A model generated the notes under the pieces. That model worked only from the letters and a program-made list of their open reading frames with translations. It was not told the origin of the DNA and made no database searches. From an uncultured Candidatus Saccharibacteria bacterium (GTDB lineage Bacteria; Patescibacteriota; Minisyncoccia; UBA6257; 2-01-FULL-56-20), in contig CAYWDX010000001.1 in the NCBI GenBank assembly GCA_964456235.1, positions 35,074-99,073 on the forward strand: a DNA stretch of 64,000 bases, written 5' to 3'. Positions 9,724 through 19,371 of the stretch are shown here, piece after piece. The stretch's first letter is position 1, and every line of letters begins with the position of its first letter. Both the position numbers and the translations under genes were made by a program.

Positions 9724-10200
9724 TTATTTTTGCTTACTCACGATAACCCGCGCCGCCCGCAATACTTTTTCGTGGAGTTTGTATCCTGGCTCCACCACTT
9801 CCACGATTGATCCAGGCGGGGCCGATGCTGATTCCACTTCGGTGAGCGCTTCGGCGGTATTCGGGTCAAACGGATCGCCTGGCTTCATGTCTATTTTTTG
9901 CAGCCCTCGCTTTTTCAAAATATCTTCGATCTGCGTGCGGATGAGATACACCCCCTTCTCCACCGGCCCCGCTTTTTCGAGCGATCGAAGGCCGAGGTCA
10001 AAATTGTCGAGTACGGTGATTAAATCTTTAATGAGATCTTCGCTCCCGAACCGCGCGACTTCTTGCAAGTGTTCATATTCCTCTTTCCGATAGTTGATAA
10101 AGTCGGCTTTCGCGCGCTGCCAGCCAGCCAAGTATTCGTCGCGCTGCTTCTCGGCGGCGGCGAGTTGCGACTCTTCTTCTTTTTTTATCTCATCGGGCAT
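9724..10200 (-). CDS. grpE: Nucleotide exchange factor GrpE
   Basis: GrpE coiled-coil and C-terminal beta domain (KADFINYRKEE...DPNTAEAL). Sits in the hrcA-grpE-dnaK order. Confidence 0.85.
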   Translation of the reverse strand: MPDEIKKEEESQLAAAEKQRDEYLAGWQRAKADFINYRKEEYEHLQEVARFGSEDLIKDLITVLDNFDLGLRSLEKAGPVEKGVYLIRTQIEDILKKRGLQKIDMKPGDPFDPNTAEALTEVESASAPPGSIVEVVEPGYKLHEKVLRAARVIVSKQK

Positions 10201-10226
10201 ATTTTTTTTCTTTAATAAATCTTTAA

Positions 10227-10910
10227 TTAAAAATTCCTAAAGATCCTGATGACCTTTTTATAGTCCATCCTCTTCGGGCCGATTGCGAAAATCGAAATGG
10301 TCCCATCGCCAAAATCAAAATTGCCGCCGACAACCGCAAGATGCTCGCTGCGCGTCACCGGGCTTTTGCGGCCGATGAACACCTTGAGGCCCTCGCCCAC
10401 CTTGCCCGCAACGCGCGGGATCCGCTCATCCATATCCTCAAAGTCCCGGATCACCGACTGAAGCTCGTCACGATTCTGCCATTCGAGGCGTTCAACGAGC
10501 GCTTCGAGACCGGCCTTGTAAACCGTTTCCTGCGTGAGATCGGCCGCAACGCCAAGAAGGCCGAGCTCGCGGGAAATTCGAGCGGAAAGTTCTGCCCATG
10601 CATGTTCCTCGAGAAGTTCGCGGAGCGTTGATTCGCGAGGCGCGGGGCGCGCGTTTTCGTGCGCGAGTGCGGTCTGCATCAAGCGGTCCGCTAAAAATTC
10701 ATAGCCAGCGTCGGTGGGAATGCGGCCCGCCGAGTGGTGGGGCTGCATGAGGTAATCCGCATCTTCCAGCGCGTCGAGCTCGAGGCGGATCATCGCCGGC
10801 TTGATGCCAAAATCGAAATTATCAAAAAGCCATCCCGAGCTGATCGGTTCGCCGGTCGTGATAAAGCCCTGGATTGCTGCTTCTAAAATTTGCGCGGTGC
10901 GGTCGGTCAT
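10227..10910 (-). CDS. hrcA: Heat-inducible transcription repressor HrcA (short form, 227 aa)
   Basis: N-terminal winged helix (QILEAAIQGFITTGEPISS) and C-terminal IGPKRMDYKKVI. Operon context with a CIRCE-like site upstream. Confidence 0.75.
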   Translation of the reverse strand: MTDRTAQILEAAIQGFITTGEPISSGWLFDNFDFGIKPAMIRLELDALEDADYLMQPHHSAGRIPTDAGYEFLADRLMQTALAHENARPAPRESTLRELLEEHAWAELSARISRELGLLGVAADLTQETVYKAGLEALVERLEWQNRDELQSVIRDFEDMDERIPRVAGKVGEGLKVFIGRKSPVTRSEHLAVVGGNFDFGDGTISIFAIGPKRMDYKKVIRIFRNF

Positions 10911-10951
10911 AATGCGAGCGTCATTAAAATTTCCTTAAAATTATAGGCAGG

Positions 10952-10978
10952 TTAGCAATCCTGTCAAGCGATTGCCAA
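10952..10978 (-). promoter_or_regulatory. CIRCE-like HrcA operator, variant 9-N9-9 inverted repeat
   Basis: TTAGCAATC-N9-GATTGCCAA compared with the CIRCE consensus TTAGCACTC-N9-GAGTGCTAA. Located 42 nt upstream of the hrcA start. Confidence 0.55.
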
Positions 10979-11020
10979 CCAATAATTTTCGGCGCGTCCG
11001 GGCGTGCTCGATATGGTAAG

Positions 11021-11911
11021 ATGAATTTAATGATTACGAAAGAGAACAGTAAGGTCCGCTGGATTGACATCGAAAAGCCGGGCGTGAAAGATCTTGCGCA
11101 AATCAAAAAACAATTGCGCCTCCACCCCGTCATCGTCGACGAGCTCAAGGGGCCTTCGGCGCGGGCGTATGTGGACGCGAACGGTAAATATCTCTTCTTT
11201 ATTTATTATTTCCCCCTCTACGACCTTACGGACGGCGCTTCGGCGCGGACTGAAATCGATTTTGTCGTAACGAAGGATACCGTCGTGACGGTCCACTATG
11301 AATCGATCGCGAAGGTGATGGATGGGTTCATGGTGACCAGCCAAAAAAATTCGCTCGAGCTCATGCACGCCCTCCTTGAGCAGCTCATTCAATTTGAAGA
11401 GCGTGAGTTGCGCCATATCCGTGAAAAAGCAGAAGAAGTCGGCCGGCAAATTTTCAGGGACAAGGAGCGCGAGGTATTGGAGCGGCTCACCTATCTCAAG
11501 CGCGACATTTCAGAACATCGCATCATTATCGGGCTCCAGCGGCCGATCCTCGAATCGCTTCGATCATACGGCCAGAAATTTTGGAGCGGCGACGCGGATG
11601 TTTACTTGAATGACCTGATCGGTGACCACCTCCGCGTTACGAATCAGCTCGAAGATTACCGCAGCGCCGTTTCCGATTTTGAAGACACGAATAACCAACT
11701 CATGAACCTGAAGGTGAACACGGTGATGAAAACGTTCACCCTGCTTTCTTTCCTCACCTTTCCCTTCATGCTCCTTGCGACGCTCTTCGGCATGAATACC
11801 AAAGACACGCCGCTCGTAAATTCCCCGCATGGCTTTTGGATCATCCTCGGCGCGATGGTCGTCGGCATGGTTATGCTCGTCACCTATTTTCGCGTGAAGA
11901 AGTGGTTTTGA
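11021..11911 (+). CDS. corA: Magnesium/cobalt transporter CorA
   Basis: C-terminal two-TM region containing the GMN motif (LFGMNTKD). Confidence 0.85.
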   Translation: MNLMITKENSKVRWIDIEKPGVKDLAQIKKQLRLHPVIVDELKGPSARAYVDANGKYLFFIYYFPLYDLTDGASARTEIDFVVTKDTVVTVHYESIAKVMDGFMVTSQKNSLELMHALLEQLIQFEERELRHIREKAEEVGRQIFRDKEREVLERLTYLKRDISEHRIIIGLQRPILESLRSYGQKFWSGDADVYLNDLIGDHLRVTNQLEDYRSAVSDFEDTNNQLMNLKVNTVMKTFTLLSFLTFPFMLLATLFGMNTKDTPLVNSPHGFWIILGAMVVGMVMLVTYFRVKKWF

Positions 11912-11984
11912 CTCCGGCACGACGGGCTCTGTCAAGTCAGTTTTAATAATTTTTTAATAGGGGCGGGCGTGATATAGTGAGCGT

Positions 11985-13400
11985 ATGCAAGGCAAGATCC
12001 GGCTCTACAACACGCTCTCGCGCGAAAAAGATCCGCTCCCCGACCAGAAAAAATTCCACGTCTTCGTGTGCGGCCCGACGGTCTACGATTATGCCCACAT
12101 CGGCCACGCGCGCACGTATCTTTTTTTTGATTTTTTTGTGAAATATTTGCGCGCCCAGGGGCTTGATGTGCATTATCTCCAAAACATCACCGACATCGAT
12201 GACAAAATAATCAAGCGTGCGGCAGAGGAAGGCAAAAAACCAGAGGAGGTCGCCCGCACCTTCACCGATGCTTACCTTGCCGACATGCGGGCGCTCGGCG
12301 TCGATGCCGTAACTGAATATGCACCGGCGACCAAATTCGTTACCCAGATCATCGCCCAGGTGGAACGGCTCATTGAAAAAGGATTTGCCTATAAAATCGA
12401 GGGTGATGGCTGGTATTTTGATGTTGCGAAAGATCCCGACTATGGGAAATTGAGCGGGCGCACGGCCGCACAGGCGGAAGATTCTGTTTCCCGCATTGAT
12501 GACGCCTCCGCAAAGCGCGGCAAAGCGGATTTTTGCTTGTGGAAATTTTCGAAACCTGGCGAACCGGCTTGGAGCGCGCCGTCGCTTGGCCGCGGCCGCC
12601 CCGGATGGCACATTGAAGACACCGCGATCACCGAATTTTATTTTGGTCCGCAATATGAAATCCACGGCGGCGGCGTTGACATCAAATTCCCCCACCACGA
12701 AGCGGAGATCGCGCAGCAGGAATCCGCATCGGGCAAAAAACCATTCGTGCAAATCTGGATGCATGTCGGATCACTGCTGGTCGAAGGCAAGAAAATGTCG
12801 AAGAGTTTAGGAAACTTCATCACGATTCGCGATTTTTTGAAAAACCATTCAGCGGAAGTGCTGCGCTGGATCACGCTCACCCACCAATATCGTTCGCCGA
12901 TGGATTATTCTGATGCGCTCGTCGCACAAGCGGAAAAATCCATGGACCTCATAAAAGAATTCCGCGCGAAGATTGCGTTTGCAAAACACGGCGCGGGAGA
13001 GATGGGCTCCTCGCACGAAACCGTGTCCCACGAAATAAAAACGGCACACCAGGAATGCATGAATCATCTTGCCGACGACCTGAACACGCCGGCGGCGCTT
13101 GCGACCATATTCACCACCATTGCCCGCTTCCAAGACCAGATCTGGCAGCTCGGCCGCCCCGACATTCACGCCATCGAACAATATCTCGACGGAGCGCTCG
13201 GCCTCCTGCAACTTTCATTAAAAATAAATGAAATTCCGGGAAAGGCCGTGAAACTGGCTCACGAACGGGAAGAATCCCGAACTAATAAACAGTTTGCCCA
13301 CGCGGACGCCTTGCGCAGCGAAATCAATGCCTTAGGATATGAAATTGAGGACACCCCTCGGGGACCCTTCCTATGGCCGCGACCAAAAAATCACAATTAA
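11985..13400 (+). CDS. cysS: Cysteine--tRNA ligase
   Basis: Class I HIGH (HIGHAR) and KMSKS motifs with the CysRS zinc-binding region. Confidence 0.9.
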   Translation: MQGKIRLYNTLSREKDPLPDQKKFHVFVCGPTVYDYAHIGHARTYLFFDFFVKYLRAQGLDVHYLQNITDIDDKIIKRAAEEGKKPEEVARTFTDAYLADMRALGVDAVTEYAPATKFVTQIIAQVERLIEKGFAYKIEGDGWYFDVAKDPDYGKLSGRTAAQAEDSVSRIDDASAKRGKADFCLWKFSKPGEPAWSAPSLGRGRPGWHIEDTAITEFYFGPQYEIHGGGVDIKFPHHEAEIAQQESASGKKPFVQIWMHVGSLLVEGKKMSKSLGNFITIRDFLKNHSAEVLRWITLTHQYRSPMDYSDALVAQAEKSMDLIKEFRAKIAFAKHGAGEMGSSHETVSHEIKTAHQECMNHLADDLNTPAALATIFTTIARFQDQIWQLGRPDIHAIEQYLDGALGLLQLSLKINEIPGKAVKLAHEREESRTNKQFAHADALRSEINALGYEIEDTPRGPFLWPRPKNHN

Positions 13401-14764
13401 AAATCCCCCCGCAGAATCTTGAAGCCGAATCGGCGGTGCTCGGGAGCATCCTGATCGACAAGAATGCGATCTTTCGGGTGGCGGACCAGCTCGTGGCCGA
13501 TGATTTTTATTCGCCGGCGCACGGAAAAATTTACGAGGCGATCCTCGCGCTCTACGAGAAACGCCAGCCGATCGACGTCTTGAGCTTGACCAACTACCTA
13601 AAGGAGCGTGACTTGCTCACGGGCGTGGGAGGCTCCGGGTACCTTGCTGAACTCACGAACCAGGTGACGACGGCGTCGCATGTGCAGCACTACGCGGGCA
13701 TCGTGAAAGACAAAAAAGTGCTGCGCGATCTGATTCGGGCGGGTGCGGAAATTACCGAAGATGCTTTTGGCGCGACGGATGAGCTCGAAGACTTGATGGA
13801 CAACATCGAGCAAAAGATCCTTTCGATTTCGCAAAAATCCATTCCGCAAAACTTTTTCCCGGTAAAAGATGAATTGCAAAATGCGTACGAGCGCATGGCC
13901 AAGCTCCACGACGGCGGCGAAAAACTCCGCGGCATCCCGACCGGCTTCGGCGCCCTCGACAACAAACTTTCCGGATTGCAAAAATCCGACCTCATCATTT
14001 TGGGCGCGCGGCCCTCATCCGGGAAAACGGCGTTCGGCCTCGATATCGCGCGCAACGCCGCGTTGGGCGGACACACGGTTGGCATCTTTTCGCTTGAAAT
14101 GTCGCGCGAGCAAGTCATCGACCGCGTCATCGCCGCGCAATCGCACGTCCCCTTGTGGAACATCCTCACCGGGCGCATCAAGGGCGACCACGAATTCGGC
14201 ATGATTCAACACGCGCTCGACGAGCTTTCAAAAACAAAATTGTTTATTGATGACACGCCGTCGCTGAACATCATGCAGATGCGTTCGATGGCGCGACGCC
14301 TGCAAGTGGAACACGGCCTCGATCTTTTGATCGTCGATTATTTACAGCTCATCCGACCTCGCACGAATTCTGACAGCATGGTACAGCAGGTCACCGAAAT
14401 TTCGCGGAGCTTGAAAGCGCTTGCGCGCGAATTGAAGGTGCCGGTGCTCGCGATCTCGCAGCTCTCGCGCGGCGTTGAGCAGCGCGATCACAAAGTGCCG
14501 CGACTCTCCGACCTCCGCGACTCCGGATCCATCGAGCAAGACGCGGACGTCGTGATGTTTATCTATCGGAAAGACAAAAGCGCCGATGCGCTGAACGACG
14601 TCGGCGGCGACATCGCGTCATCAACGTCGAATGAACACGCGACGCAGATCATGATCGCGAAGCATCGCAACGGCCCGATTGGCGAAGTCGAAGTTTCGTT
14701 CGACCCGGAGCGCGTTTCTTTCAAGTCGATTGACAAGCGCTATAGCGAACTGCCGGCGATTTAG
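13373..14764 (+). CDS. dnaB: Replicative DNA helicase DnaB
   Basis: DnaB N-terminal domain (ESAVLGSIL) and a RecA-like domain with Walker A GARPSSGKT. Overlaps the cysS end. Confidence 0.9.
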   Translation: MAATKKSQLKIPPQNLEAESAVLGSILIDKNAIFRVADQLVADDFYSPAHGKIYEAILALYEKRQPIDVLSLTNYLKERDLLTGVGGSGYLAELTNQVTTASHVQHYAGIVKDKKVLRDLIRAGAEITEDAFGATDELEDLMDNIEQKILSISQKSIPQNFFPVKDELQNAYERMAKLHDGGEKLRGIPTGFGALDNKLSGLQKSDLIILGARPSSGKTAFGLDIARNAALGGHTVGIFSLEMSREQVIDRVIAAQSHVPLWNILTGRIKGDHEFGMIQHALDELSKTKLFIDDTPSLNIMQMRSMARRLQVEHGLDLLIVDYLQLIRPRTNSDSMVQQVTEISRSLKALARELKVPVLAISQLSRGVEQRDHKVPRLSDLRDSGSIEQDADVVMFIYRKDKSADALNDVGGDIASSTSNEHATQIMIAKHRNGPIGEVEVSFDPERVSFKSIDKRYSELPAI

Positions 14765-14777
14765 ATAAAATAATTGG

Positions 14778-15392
14778 GTGAAACTGCCATCCCCCATTCA
14801 ACGCGTTGTCGATGCACTCTCGGAACTCCCCTCCATTGGACCGCGCCAGGCGATCCGCCTCGCATTTTTTTTGATCGCCGAAGGGAAGCAGAATATCCGA
14901 ACGCTTGCAACGAGCATCGACGACCTCGGCAAAATAAAAACCTGCGAGCGCTGTTTTTTTGTCCATCAAAATGACGGCGTACTTTGCGATACCTGCAGCA
15001 ATTCCCACCGGGCGCAGGGTGTGATTATGGTGGTGGAAAAAGAAACCGATCTCATTTCGCTCGAGAACACCGGAAAATATTCTGGCCGGTACTTTGTGAT
15101 CGGCGAGATTCCGAAGACGGGTCTTCTTGAAGAATGGCAAAAGTTGCGCCTGCAAAGCTTGAAATCGTTTATTGAAAAACCGACGCCCGATGGCCTGGGT
15201 GGAAAAGCTGAAGAAATTATTTTGGCATTCAACCCAACATCGCTTGGCGATCTGCAAGCCAGTCTTCTCACCAAAGAACTCGCTCCGGTTGCCAAAAAAA
15301 TAAGCCGGTTGGGACGAGGGCTCCCAACCGGCGGTGAAATTGAATTCGCGGACGACGAAACTCTCGGCGCCGCGATGGAGCGGCGAGGCTAG
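14778..15392 (+). CDS. recR: Recombination protein RecR
   Basis: HhH (LPSIGPRQA), C4 zinc finger (CERC...CDTC) and Toprim domain. Confidence 0.9.
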   Translation: MKLPSPIQRVVDALSELPSIGPRQAIRLAFFLIAEGKQNIRTLATSIDDLGKIKTCERCFFVHQNDGVLCDTCSNSHRAQGVIMVVEKETDLISLENTGKYSGRYFVIGEIPKTGLLEEWQKLRLQSLKSFIEKPTPDGLGGKAEEIILAFNPTSLGDLQASLLTKELAPVAKKISRLGRGLPTGGEIEFADDETLGAAMERRG

Positions 15393-16132
15393 AATCGCGG
15401 TTGGAATCCGGCCTCGATTTCCGCCTCTTCTACGATCTCTGACACCTTCACTCGTAGTGCGTGAGCTACCACTTCGAGCGCCGGAAGGCCTGGAACACGA
15501 TAGGCGTTTTCTATGTGAGCAATCCGCGAACTCAACGACGACGACTCCCTCCCGAAAACTTCGAAAGAAAGTTCCCGCTGAGTCATGTCGCGGTTCTCCC
15601 GCAAAGTTCGAATGGCGGCGCCGATCTTCCTCCCGATGAGTCCCGCCGTCCACGTGGGAAGTGCCGTGGAAGCAGTGAGCGGAGTCCCGCCTTCCATCCA
15701 CGCAACGAGGAGAGAAGGACGCGTCTGGAAGGCGATTGCAAGCTTCTCGACCATTGCTATTTGCGGAATCACTTTCCTCCCCTCCAACTTACTTACATAC
15801 GTCCTAAAACAACCTACGCGCAGGGCGAGATCCGGTTGACTCCATCCATTGATTTCTCGCAATTCACGCAGCTTCTTACCGAAATTCATGAGGAGCGAAG
15901 AATTGCGATCCCGCATGATGTTCTTGAACCTGAGCGCTGAGGACTCCGGAGATGCCAATATCAACTCCGGCTGATTAGCGGATCGGGGCACCGCTGCTTC
16001 CTCCACGTCGATACTCAACGGTTGACGACATCGGCGACATGAGTCGTTCCTGGTCCGGAACTGGGTGAGTTTACAACGGTCGCATTTTATAACTTCGCGA
16101 CCGTCAACGGGGGCGAGCTTTGCAGTGGCCAT
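15389..16132 (-). CDS. Zinc-ribbon plus tandem XRE-family HTH transcriptional regulator
   Basis: N-terminal CDRC-N13-CRRC ribbon, then two HTH_3-like domains (WSQPDLALRVGCFRTYVSKLE and MTQRELSFEVFGRESSSLSSRIAHIE). Codon usage is atypical. The stop overlaps the recR stop in convergent orientation. Confidence 0.65.
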   Translation of the reverse strand: MATAKLAPVDGREVIKCDRCKLTQFRTRNDSCRRCRQPLSIDVEEAAVPRSANQPELILASPESSALRFKNIMRDRNSSLLMNFGKKLRELREINGWSQPDLALRVGCFRTYVSKLEGRKVIPQIAMVEKLAIAFQTRPSLLVAWMEGGTPLTASTALPTWTAGLIGRKIGAAIRTLRENRDMTQRELSFEVFGRESSSLSSRIAHIENAYRVPGLPALEVVAHALRVKVSEIVEEAEIEAGFQPRF

Positions 16133-16179
16133 ACGACCGCACTCCTTTCAGTTAAATTTCTTGGCAGACTATATCACAT

Positions 16180-17220
16180 CTACCCGTGGCGCACAACGAG
16201 CACGTCTCCGTCCTTCACTTCGTATTCTTTCCCCTCCACGCGCAGCCATCCTTTTTGTTTTGCTTGCGCCCATCCACCGGCTTCGAGGAGCTTTTGAGTA
16301 TCGATCACTTCGAGGCGAATAAATTTATTTTCAAAATCGGTGTGGATGACGCCCGCCGCCTGCGGCGCTTTTGTCCCCTGCTCGATTGTCCATGCGCGCG
16401 TTTCATCTTCGCCGGTCGTGAAAAAACTGATGAGATTCAAAACCTGATATGCCTTCGTGATGAGCTCGGGGATGCCGCCACGCTCACCGGCGGTCGCGAG
16501 GTTTATGATGATGTGATCTGCGCCAAGCGATTTTATTTTTTCGGTTAGGGCGGCGGGTACCTCGCTCGGTTCCCCGTTCAGTAAATAGATTTGACGCTTG
16601 AGCGTGAGGAGATTCAGGTCGCGGAGCCGACTGCCGGCGCCTTCTTTCGTGAGGAGTTCGGCTGCAAGCGCGGGATCAGCAACTGGCAAACGACCCGCCT
16701 CGAGCGTGGCTTTCAACCGAGTTAGCAAATCTTTTTCTTGGATCGATTCCTTTTTGCCCGTCCGCGCTTCTCCCTCGGCCCTTGCAAACCGTTTCTCAAC
16801 CGCTTCGAGATCTTTCAGAATCAATTCTTGGTTGATGATTTCGAGATCGCGCAGCGGATCCACCGAATTCTCAACGTGAATAATGGACGGGTTGCCAAAT
16901 ACCCGCAGTACAAGCACGATCGCCTGCGTTTCTTTGATGTGCGAAAGGAATTGATTGCCGAGCCCCTCTCCTTTATTCGCGCCCTTCACGAGTCCGGCGA
17001 TGTCATAAAATTCCACAACCGCCGGAATTTTCTTTTTTGACTTCGAAAGCGCGTTCAGTTTTTCGAGGCGCTCGTCGGGAACGGCAACGACGCCCACATT
17101 CGGATCAATCGTCGCGAACGGATAATTCGCGATCGTGATGTCCTGCTTCGTAAGCGCCTTAAAAAGAGTGGACTTCCCCACGTTCGGAAGTCCCACGATG
17201 CCGATGGAGAGCTTGGCCAT
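16180..17220 (-). CDS. ychF: Ribosome-binding ATPase YchF (Obg-family GTPase)
   Basis: G1 motif GLPNVGKST, a TGS-like C-terminus and YchF domain order. Start taken at MAKLSIGIVG. Confidence 0.85.
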   Translation of the reverse strand: MAKLSIGIVGLPNVGKSTLFKALTKQDITIANYPFATIDPNVGVVAVPDERLEKLNALSKSKKKIPAVVEFYDIAGLVKGANKGEGLGNQFLSHIKETQAIVLVLRVFGNPSIIHVENSVDPLRDLEIINQELILKDLEAVEKRFARAEGEARTGKKESIQEKDLLTRLKATLEAGRLPVADPALAAELLTKEGAGSRLRDLNLLTLKRQIYLLNGEPSEVPAALTEKIKSLGADHIIINLATAGERGGIPELITKAYQVLNLISFFTTGEDETRAWTIEQGTKAPQAAGVIHTDFENKFIRLEVIDTQKLLEAGGWAQAKQKGWLRVEGKEYEVKDGDVLVVRHG

Positions 17221-17254
17221 GCTTCCGACTGTATCACAGAAAATGAACCTTGCA

Positions 17255-17815
17255 CTAGGCGCTTCCGCCAAACGCCTTCCCCCGATGCCATGGCACACCG
17301 AGCCAGGGCAAGAGCCAACGGTCAATGCCAAGCCAGCCAGCGTTCCGCCACGCGAGAATCAGGAAAAGCTGAATGACAAACAAAAGCGGGTTGATACTCA
17401 CGGTCCCGGCAAAAAGATAATTCAGATTCATAAACGCGCCGAAGAATGCGGCGATGCCGGTGAAGACGCCAAGCACGAGACCGATGCCGACAGCGAGCTC
17501 GCCGTAGGTCACGAGGTACGAGAGGAACGTCGCATGATTGATCGCAACGTTTTGGATGAACCATCCATACCAGCCAGAAACGGATGGGTGCGCGCCGGCC
17601 ATCTTCGCAAGCGCGCCATTCAAAAATCCTTGCACGGCAGCGCCGGCTTGCGGACCAGTCCATGCGGCGTCAAACGCTTTTTCCCATCCGGCCATAAACC
17701 ATTCATAGCCAACATACAGGCGGGCGATCAACCAAACCCACGACATGCGCGTGTCGGCAAAAAGAAACCGCGAGAGCGCGGGTTCGGGAATTTGGACAGC
17801 AGGCTTTTCCATCAC
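17255..17815 (-). CDS. DoxX family membrane protein
   Basis: Four TM helices with DoxX-like N-terminal motifs (LIARLYVGYEWF..GWEK). Confidence 0.65.
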   Translation of the reverse strand: MMEKPAVQIPEPALSRFLFADTRMSWVWLIARLYVGYEWFMAGWEKAFDAAWTGPQAGAAVQGFLNGALAKMAGAHPSVSGWYGWFIQNVAINHATFLSYLVTYGELAVGIGLVLGVFTGIAAFFGAFMNLNYLFAGTVSINPLLFVIQLFLILAWRNAGWLGIDRWLLPWLGVPWHRGKAFGGSA

Positions 17816-17833
17816 TTTTATTCTACTCCCGCC

Positions 17834-18448
17834 CTATGAGCCCCTGTGCACAAGTCCCCTGATGTCACGCACCAGCTCGGGAACATGGGCTTGCTTGAAG
17901 TGTCCGCGATTCTTGAAAATTCTGACGGTGGCGGTTGGGAGCTGTGCGCGATAGTTATTTATTGTTGCAAATTTGACGACGCGATCGTCTTTGCTTTGAT
18001 AAAGAAAAATATTGCCGGCCTGTTTTTCCAACTTTTTTAAATCCTTCTTCAGGACAAAATCCCCATCGCTCCATGGCGCCGCCACGAGAAAGACTCCGCG
18101 AATCTTTTTTCGAAAATTATTCTCCGAAAGGTATTTTGCGAGAAAAAGTCCGCCAAGCGAATGGCCGATCAGGATGACCTCGGCGCGCAGATGCGGAATA
18201 AATTTTCCGAACCAAATCTTCCATTCCTCGTAACGGGCGTTTTGCTTGCTTGGCATATCGGGACGGATCACCTCATAGCCACTTCCGAGTGTCGCCGCGA
18301 GCGTTCCCTTCCAGTCCGTGTATGATTTTTGATAGCGTGAAAAATCCAGGCGCCACGCTTTCAAAAATTTCAACATCGCTTTGCGCGATTTGAACGAATC
18401 CCCTCCGTGGATAACGGCCACTTGTTTTTTTACGCGCGCTTTTTTCAT
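17834..18448 (-). CDS. Alpha/beta hydrolase (YdeN/RBBP9-like serine hydrolase)
   Basis: GHSLGG nucleophile elbow and a size of about 200 aa. Confidence 0.65.
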   Translation of the reverse strand: MKKARVKKQVAVIHGGDSFKSRKAMLKFLKAWRLDFSRYQKSYTDWKGTLAATLGSGYEVIRPDMPSKQNARYEEWKIWFGKFIPHLRAEVILIGHSLGGLFLAKYLSENNFRKKIRGVFLVAAPWSDGDFVLKKDLKKLEKQAGNIFLYQSKDDRVVKFATINNYRAQLPTATVRIFKNRGHFKQAHVPELVRDIRGLVHRGS

Positions 18449-18456
18449 TTGGAAAA

Positions 18457-19371
18457 TTATTGTTGCTGCGTTGAGCCTCCGGGCGCGAGATACGCCGGCG
18501 GATGGAGCGTATCGACGCCGGCCGTTCCATCCTTATTGATTATAAAGGTGAAGCCGAAGGGGTCCTCCGGCACGGCGGGAATAATGCCGCGGGCGACGAG
18601 GGCGGCTGGGGACGCGGGATAGGCGCCGAACCGGGCCTTATAGGCCTTCGCGACAGCCTCGAGATAGTCAAAATCATTTAGGCGCTCGACGTAGGCGGCG
18701 GCGCGGTCTTTCGCTGCTTGGTCGTTCGTGCTTTGGTATACCGTCTCCCAGATCCCCCGCACCCGATCCCGCTCCTTCTGGTTGATGCCGAAATTCAGTG
18801 CGAAGCTCGCCGCATAATCGGGAACGCCGGGCGTGTTCGCCGCCACATTAAAATATTCTGAAGCGTGTTTGAAGTCTTTAAGGAATAAATAATAATTGAT
18901 GGCCATGTAGTATGGGATCCGCCAGTCCGGATCCGCCTGCGCAAGCCCGCGCCCACCAATCGTAAATGATTGCGCAATCGCCCTTGGATCACTTTTCGCT
19001 GGAATTACCGGCAAGGCAAGAACAGAAAACGCGTAAGGGTAGCTCATTTTCGGATCGACTGCATTCAAGAATGCAAGATCTCCATAATATTCCGTCCTGC
19101 CGTGAAAGAAGAGGTCGAGAAATTCGGGCATCGTGGCCGCCCAAAGGAATGAAGCGATTGCCGGATGGAACCCCAGGTCAATCATCCGCACCATTTGCGG
19201 CGAGAACGTGCCGGGCAATCCTCCCGGGAGGGCAATGCGCGCGGCATCATATTCCCACTGTGCACCGATAACGAGCGCGAGTGCCGTCGCGAGAAACATA
19301 ATCTTCGCGAGCGGGCTCAACGCTGACGCTCGCGCGGGCGCTCCTAAATTTCCTTTTTGTTGAATATCCAT
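18457..19371 (-). CDS. Hypothetical membrane-anchored or secreted protein
   Basis: N-terminal hydrophobic anchor, no recognised family. Lies immediately downstream of the ABC transporter genes. Confidence 0.5.
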   Translation of the reverse strand: MDIQQKGNLGAPARASALSPLAKIMFLATALALVIGAQWEYDAARIALPGGLPGTFSPQMVRMIDLGFHPAIASFLWAATMPEFLDLFFHGRTEYYGDLAFLNAVDPKMSYPYAFSVLALPVIPAKSDPRAIAQSFTIGGRGLAQADPDWRIPYYMAINYYLFLKDFKHASEYFNVAANTPGVPDYAASFALNFGINQKERDRVRGIWETVYQSTNDQAAKDRAAAYVERLNDFDYLEAVAKAYKARFGAYPASPAALVARGIIPAVPEDPFGFTFIINKDGTAGVDTLHPPAYLAPGGSTQQQ

